Below are positions 59,709-64,000 of a DNA stretch of 64,000 nucleotides, piece after piece. The notes under the pieces were generated by a model. It was not told where the DNA came from. It saw only the letters and a program-made list of their open reading frames with translations, and did no database searches. Location: contig JANJGN010000040.1 of NCBI GenBank assembly GCA_026770705.1, forward strand, positions 3,720,001 through 3,784,000, read 5' to 3'. The DNA comes from Isurus oxyrinchus. Taxonomy: Eukaryota. The translations under genes and the position numbers were made by a program. Within the stretch, counting starts at the first letter, position 1; each line of letters begins with the position of its first letter.

Positions 59709-60059
59709 TCGACTCTATTGCATCACACGATAGAAACATGCAAATGTTACCGACTCAATGGGAAAAATGTGTTAATAGGGATTTCTACATTGGTTTTATT
59801 GCTGACACCTCTATGTCTACTTTATCACATCACACCACTAATTTCTCATGTTGACCTGTCTCTTCAACACCACAGTTCATGTGAATATCTAACGCTCTGT
59901 TGCAGTTCTCGGTTGCTGCCAATAGATGTCAGCACACTCTGATGGATTGCAGTTTGCAGATTAGGGAGTGGCACAACAGTCAAGACTTATTCACTTGATT
60001 TGGGGCGGAGAAATACAAATAGTCAGGGTCGGGATGACCTTTAATGGGATTCATTTTAT

Positions 60060-60650
60060 GACAAGCTGTAGCCTTGGTTGGTTGTACTCAGTTCGAGGAT
60101 GACACCAACCCGGGTCGCGAGATTATCCCATGGCTCTTCATACGGGTGAACTGGTCAATTCTCGATCCACGGAATTTTGAGCACATGGGGCATAATGTCC
60201 CACGATGTATTGAGATCTGGAGTGCAGGATTTTCTACCTTTTACTTCTCAGCCGCCGTTCTGCCTCATCATTGAGATCTTGTGACTCAAAGCGCGCTGCA
60301 GCTTGAGGGATAAGTTTTGTTCATTTGTATCGAAGGCTAGCAAATTCATTCCAGTCATTAATATCAATGCTGCCGCGTTTGAATGAGAGTTTCAGAGTGT
60401 CTTTGCAGCGTTTTCTTCGCCCTCCCCTGGAACGTTGGCCATTTGAGATTTGAGAAAACAGAATGTGGCGGGGGAGACGCTTTTCGACCATCCAGACACA
60501 GTTTTCAGTCCATCGAAGTTGCTCTTGTACTACTTTTGCATAATTGCTTGTGGAGCTGTCTTCAGTAAGATCACGTGGCATTTTTCGGCCGTCCTCCCGC
60601 AGAGACATTGTTCATGGATATTCTCTAGCACTCTTATGAGACGCTGACAC
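60060..60650 (-). mobile_element. RTE LINE 3' fragment
   Basis: QLRWTENCVWMVEKRLPRHILFSQISNGQRSRGGRRKRCKDTLK. Confidence 0.82.
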
Positions 60651-61099
60651 ATAGTTAAATAATATTAACATTGTGCGAAACTATCAACCTGTTGTCTTGC
60701 ATATGAAAGTGAGATACATCCTTATCTGCCCATGTCTGGTCCATTTTCCCTGCATGAAGTATCTCAAAGTAAATCAGTATGTTAAAGGCCAGTATTAGGC
60801 CACTCTTCAGCGTGCTGTAATGAATGCAAGAAGGAAAAAGCAAAAACTTACTTTTCACAATGGAGATCGGGCCCTCGGAGGCTGAGAACTACAGTTTCCA
60901 GAGGATCACAGCGGCTGGTTCTGAAATGATCGCTCATGCGCAGGTTGTTTATTTTTTTGCAACGTTGTTGGTACTGCGCATGTGCTGGTCATCAAATACA
61001 GGCACATGCACATGTAGTGCATTTTCTCGGTTGCAAGCCGGGACACGGCATTGCACGCATGCGCAGTTTGTTTTCGATATTTTTGGAGGTTGGAAGTTA

Positions 61100-62030
61100 C
61101 CTGTGCCTCTCTGCAGAAGTGAAAGTCTGTTCAAAACCAAAATAGCGTGAAGAGAGGTGCAGCTGACTGAGAAAAGAGCACCATTTGGAAGAAAGTGCCA
61201 GAAGAACTTGGGCACAGGAACAGGTCCCAAATCAAAGAAGCAGTCCCAAGCCAGGGACTTGGACAGAAATAGGTCCCAGGAAGGCAGTTAAATTGAGGGT
61301 CAGGGACAGGAATCTGAAACAGATCCTGTTCAGTGAAGATGGAGGAGCGGAATCAGAGCCGCGTGGAACAGACCTAGAACGAGGTGGACTTGCAAGAAGC
61401 CAGAAGATCTGAGTAGCGACCCAAAGGTTGGTGATTCCTTACTATGGACCTTTGGAGCAGTATTGTTCTGTTTGTCACGGCCTAATACCTGAGAATGTCC
61501 GTGTGGAAGGTGAAGCTAGAATGTATGGAGATCCAGGAGAAAAGAACCTTGAAAAGAGAGACTGAAACCCTGGAAGTGGATCCTTGTTTAAGGCATCTGA
61601 GAGAAAGCGTTCTTTGGGGGAGAATTCTGAAGCCAGTTCTTCGAACGTGAAGATTGAAAACCCTTGTTAGAAGGACAGAGTTTTAGTGAGACCGTTTGGC
61701 TTTTGAGAATCTGCGGGGTTAATGAGAAATCCCTAAGAATTTGATTTTGGAGTATGGTGTGGCCGACTGAAGCTGATCCATTAAGTTACATGGATTGTAT
61801 ACTTGCTGTGAATGTTAGAGTACAAGGTACTTTTTGTTACTTCTGTTATTTTCATGAATGTTTGTACATTGGTAAAGGTATAGGTTTGGTGAAGAAGTCG
61901 TGTAATTTACTTCATCTTTTCGTGTTTAATGAATGTTTTATTGTTTTGTTAAATGTTCATTAGCGGACCCCTGTTCAATAACCATCCTCCATGTTTCTAA
62001 GCAAAATAAAAGTTACAATATATCAAGTAA
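61100..62030 (+). mobile_element. Probable solo LTR (Gypsy-like), truncated
   Basis: Non-coding purine-rich 5' half with short internal repeats (GGTCCCA) and a T-rich 3' half with AATGAATGTTTTATTG; recognised by general resemblance only, no TG..CA ends or TSD found. Confidence 0.4.
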
Positions 62031-62644
62031 AAACGTGAGAGGAAGAGAGGGACGGAGCTTGAAGAAGAGAGGCAGCGGGCGGGAGGGAAGAGAAACTTGA
62101 ATTTTTCCACCACCTTTTTCAAATTTATGAAGACCTGAAGGCCAATGGTGCGGGAGCGGAGATGTGTCTTGGTAAGTGTGATTGCTGCTTCAATGTGAAT
62201 AACAACATCCCACCGCAGCAACCTGATCAATGACTGTATAATCTGTTGCAGAGATTCTGTTTGAGGGATTAATATTGATCCCAGGGCTCCGGGTAAGACT
62301 CCGCTTCTCTTGCTGTAAACAGCCTGGTCGGATTGTTCACATCCGTCCGAGAGGGGAAGATGGGGTTTTGGTTTCAATTGCGCTTTATGCCTAGAATAGT
62401 CATAGATCTTTATAACCCCTTTGTGGTGTATTACACAATATTGTGAAACATATTTGCCTCTTCTAAATGTTCAAGCTGTTGGAAACGCTGAAAAAGTCCT
62501 GTTTCTATCCTTACTAACTCACAGACCTGGGATAATAATAACAATCTATTTCTGCTTCTCCTCACAGAGTGTCATCTATCCTGTATTTTTTTCTCTCTCT
62601 ATGCTGTGACCTATGATTCAGTCTGTTGTTCTCTTGCTTTTTAC

Positions 62645-62930
62645 GATCATGAGGTTGTGAGATCAAAACTAACGTCAGAATCCTGAGCACAAATTCAGGC
62701 TGACTCTCTAGTACAGTGCTGAGTGAATGCGTCACTGTTAGTGGTGCTAGCTTTTAGATGATATGGTAAACTGAGGCGCCATCTGCCATCTCAGGTGAAA
62801 TATACCATGGCAGAATTTCGGAGAGCGGCGGGCGGAGCGAACATTTGTCCCTCAATTAACATAACTTCAAAATAGATTCTGTTGTCTTTTTCACATTGCT
62901 GTTCCTGGAAGCTAGCTGTGTGCAAATCCT
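62645..62930 (+). mobile_element. DeuSINE
   Basis: CAGGCTGACTCTCTAGTACAGTGCTGAGTGAATGCGTCACTGTTAG...TAAACTGAGGCGCCATCTGCC...CACATTGCTGTT. Confidence 0.72.
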
Positions 62931-63752
62931 TTAACAAATTGTTCAACAACATGGTGATTGAAATCCTGTGAGGAAAGGTCGAGCTATTATTGAAAATTCT
63001 GCTGAGTGAGTTCCATTGGACATCAGAAATCAGGTGAGGAATTCGAATGAATTCATACCAGTGAACAAGTCACCGTTAAAACTGGATCAACTTTTGCGAA
63101 GATCAATGGGTAAAAGCTGAGAACTCCGTGCATCATCAGTTCATTGACCAGAGACACTCACAGAAGTATTGTGTTACATGTGTCTGTCAGGCAAACGTGA
63201 AGAAATGAACCCTTACCAGTTCATGGCGATATTAGGGATGGAATTTCATATTTTATATCTGTGATTGAGAATGAATGACCATATCTGTCAAAATAATGAG
63301 TAACTGTGTCTTTGACGTGATGATGTTTCCGCTATACTGGTAATGTTGCCCTTTCGGATGGTACATGTCTCAGGGAGGACGCTGCTGTCCAAAGTCGCAT
63401 GGGAGTTACTGCAGGATCCTGTAGATCGGTAATACTGAAGCTAATATTTATAAACTCCACCAAATGTTTCCGCTTAGAGGTGTGTTTTATGTTTTTTAAT
63501 CCATTCAGATAATCATGAAATGATGGAGAACAAGGGAATGCCATTCGGACCATGGCCTGAAATGGGCTGAGAGAAAGGGGAAATCCTCGGCTGGTGTATT
63601 TTTGCAACACTTACTGCTTGTGTCTGTGTGTGCAAAAACGCTATTTGAGAGGTTGAAGTGAGAAGCTGATGCAAAGTTACTGTAAGGAAAACGTCAGGGA
63701 TGCTTTTCGGTCGCCACCAGTTGTTTCCTTTTGGTGCGAATGAGAACAAAAC

Positions 63753-63824
63753 TAACAGAAAATGGTTTCGATCCATCGACCGCGGGATTATGAACACAGC
63801 ACGCTTCCGCTGAACCACTCTGCG
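63753..63824 (-). pseudogene. trnMi-CAT: Initiator tRNA-Met pseudogene
   Basis: Minus CGCAGAGTGGTTCAGCGGAAGCGTGCTGTGTTCATAATCCCGCGGTCGATGGATCGAAACCATTTTCTGTTA; A1 lost, anticodon stem damaged. Confidence 0.87.
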
Positions 63825-64000
63825 ACCAAGTGAGCTGTTTCCTTCCTGCCTTTTGGTGCTGCATCAAGAGCAGGCGTGTTGGGCAGCGCACCCTGCCTGC
63901 GCAATAGCACTTCAACCCCGAATGCAATATGTATTCCCAGATCCGTGCTCTGTCCCCATTGTCCTGTGTCTCCTTCCTTCAAGTTGTTTTTTTCTCCAAT

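Overview
This is eukaryotic DNA, very probably from a shark or other elasmobranch (inferred from the CR1, DeuSINE and Penelope repeat content). It contains a decaying cluster of replication-dependent histone genes interleaved with tRNA genes. H2B and H2A have open ORFs with unusual substitutions; H4 (twice), H2A and H3 occur as pseudogenes or fragments. There are about 12 tRNA genes or relics (Gly, Trp, Phe, Pro, Arg, 3x initiator Met, 3x Ser-like, possibly Val). These sit among CR1, RTE and Penelope retroelements, SINEs, a probable solo LTR, minisatellites and local segmental duplications. Two signals stand out. First, a short Penelope-type retroposon carrying a minimal hammerhead ribozyme motif occurs in 8 copies or fragments: three fold back into long hairpins with the ribozyme core at the apex, one has a 14-bp TSD and one interrupts H3. 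Second, tRNA-Pro(TGG) and tRNA-Arg(TCG)-type relics carry hairpin-forming inserts at the canonical 37/38 intron site, in isotypes that are normally intron-less in mammals. All calls were made by eye; repeat boundaries are approximate and reference tRNA and repeat comparisons are from memory.
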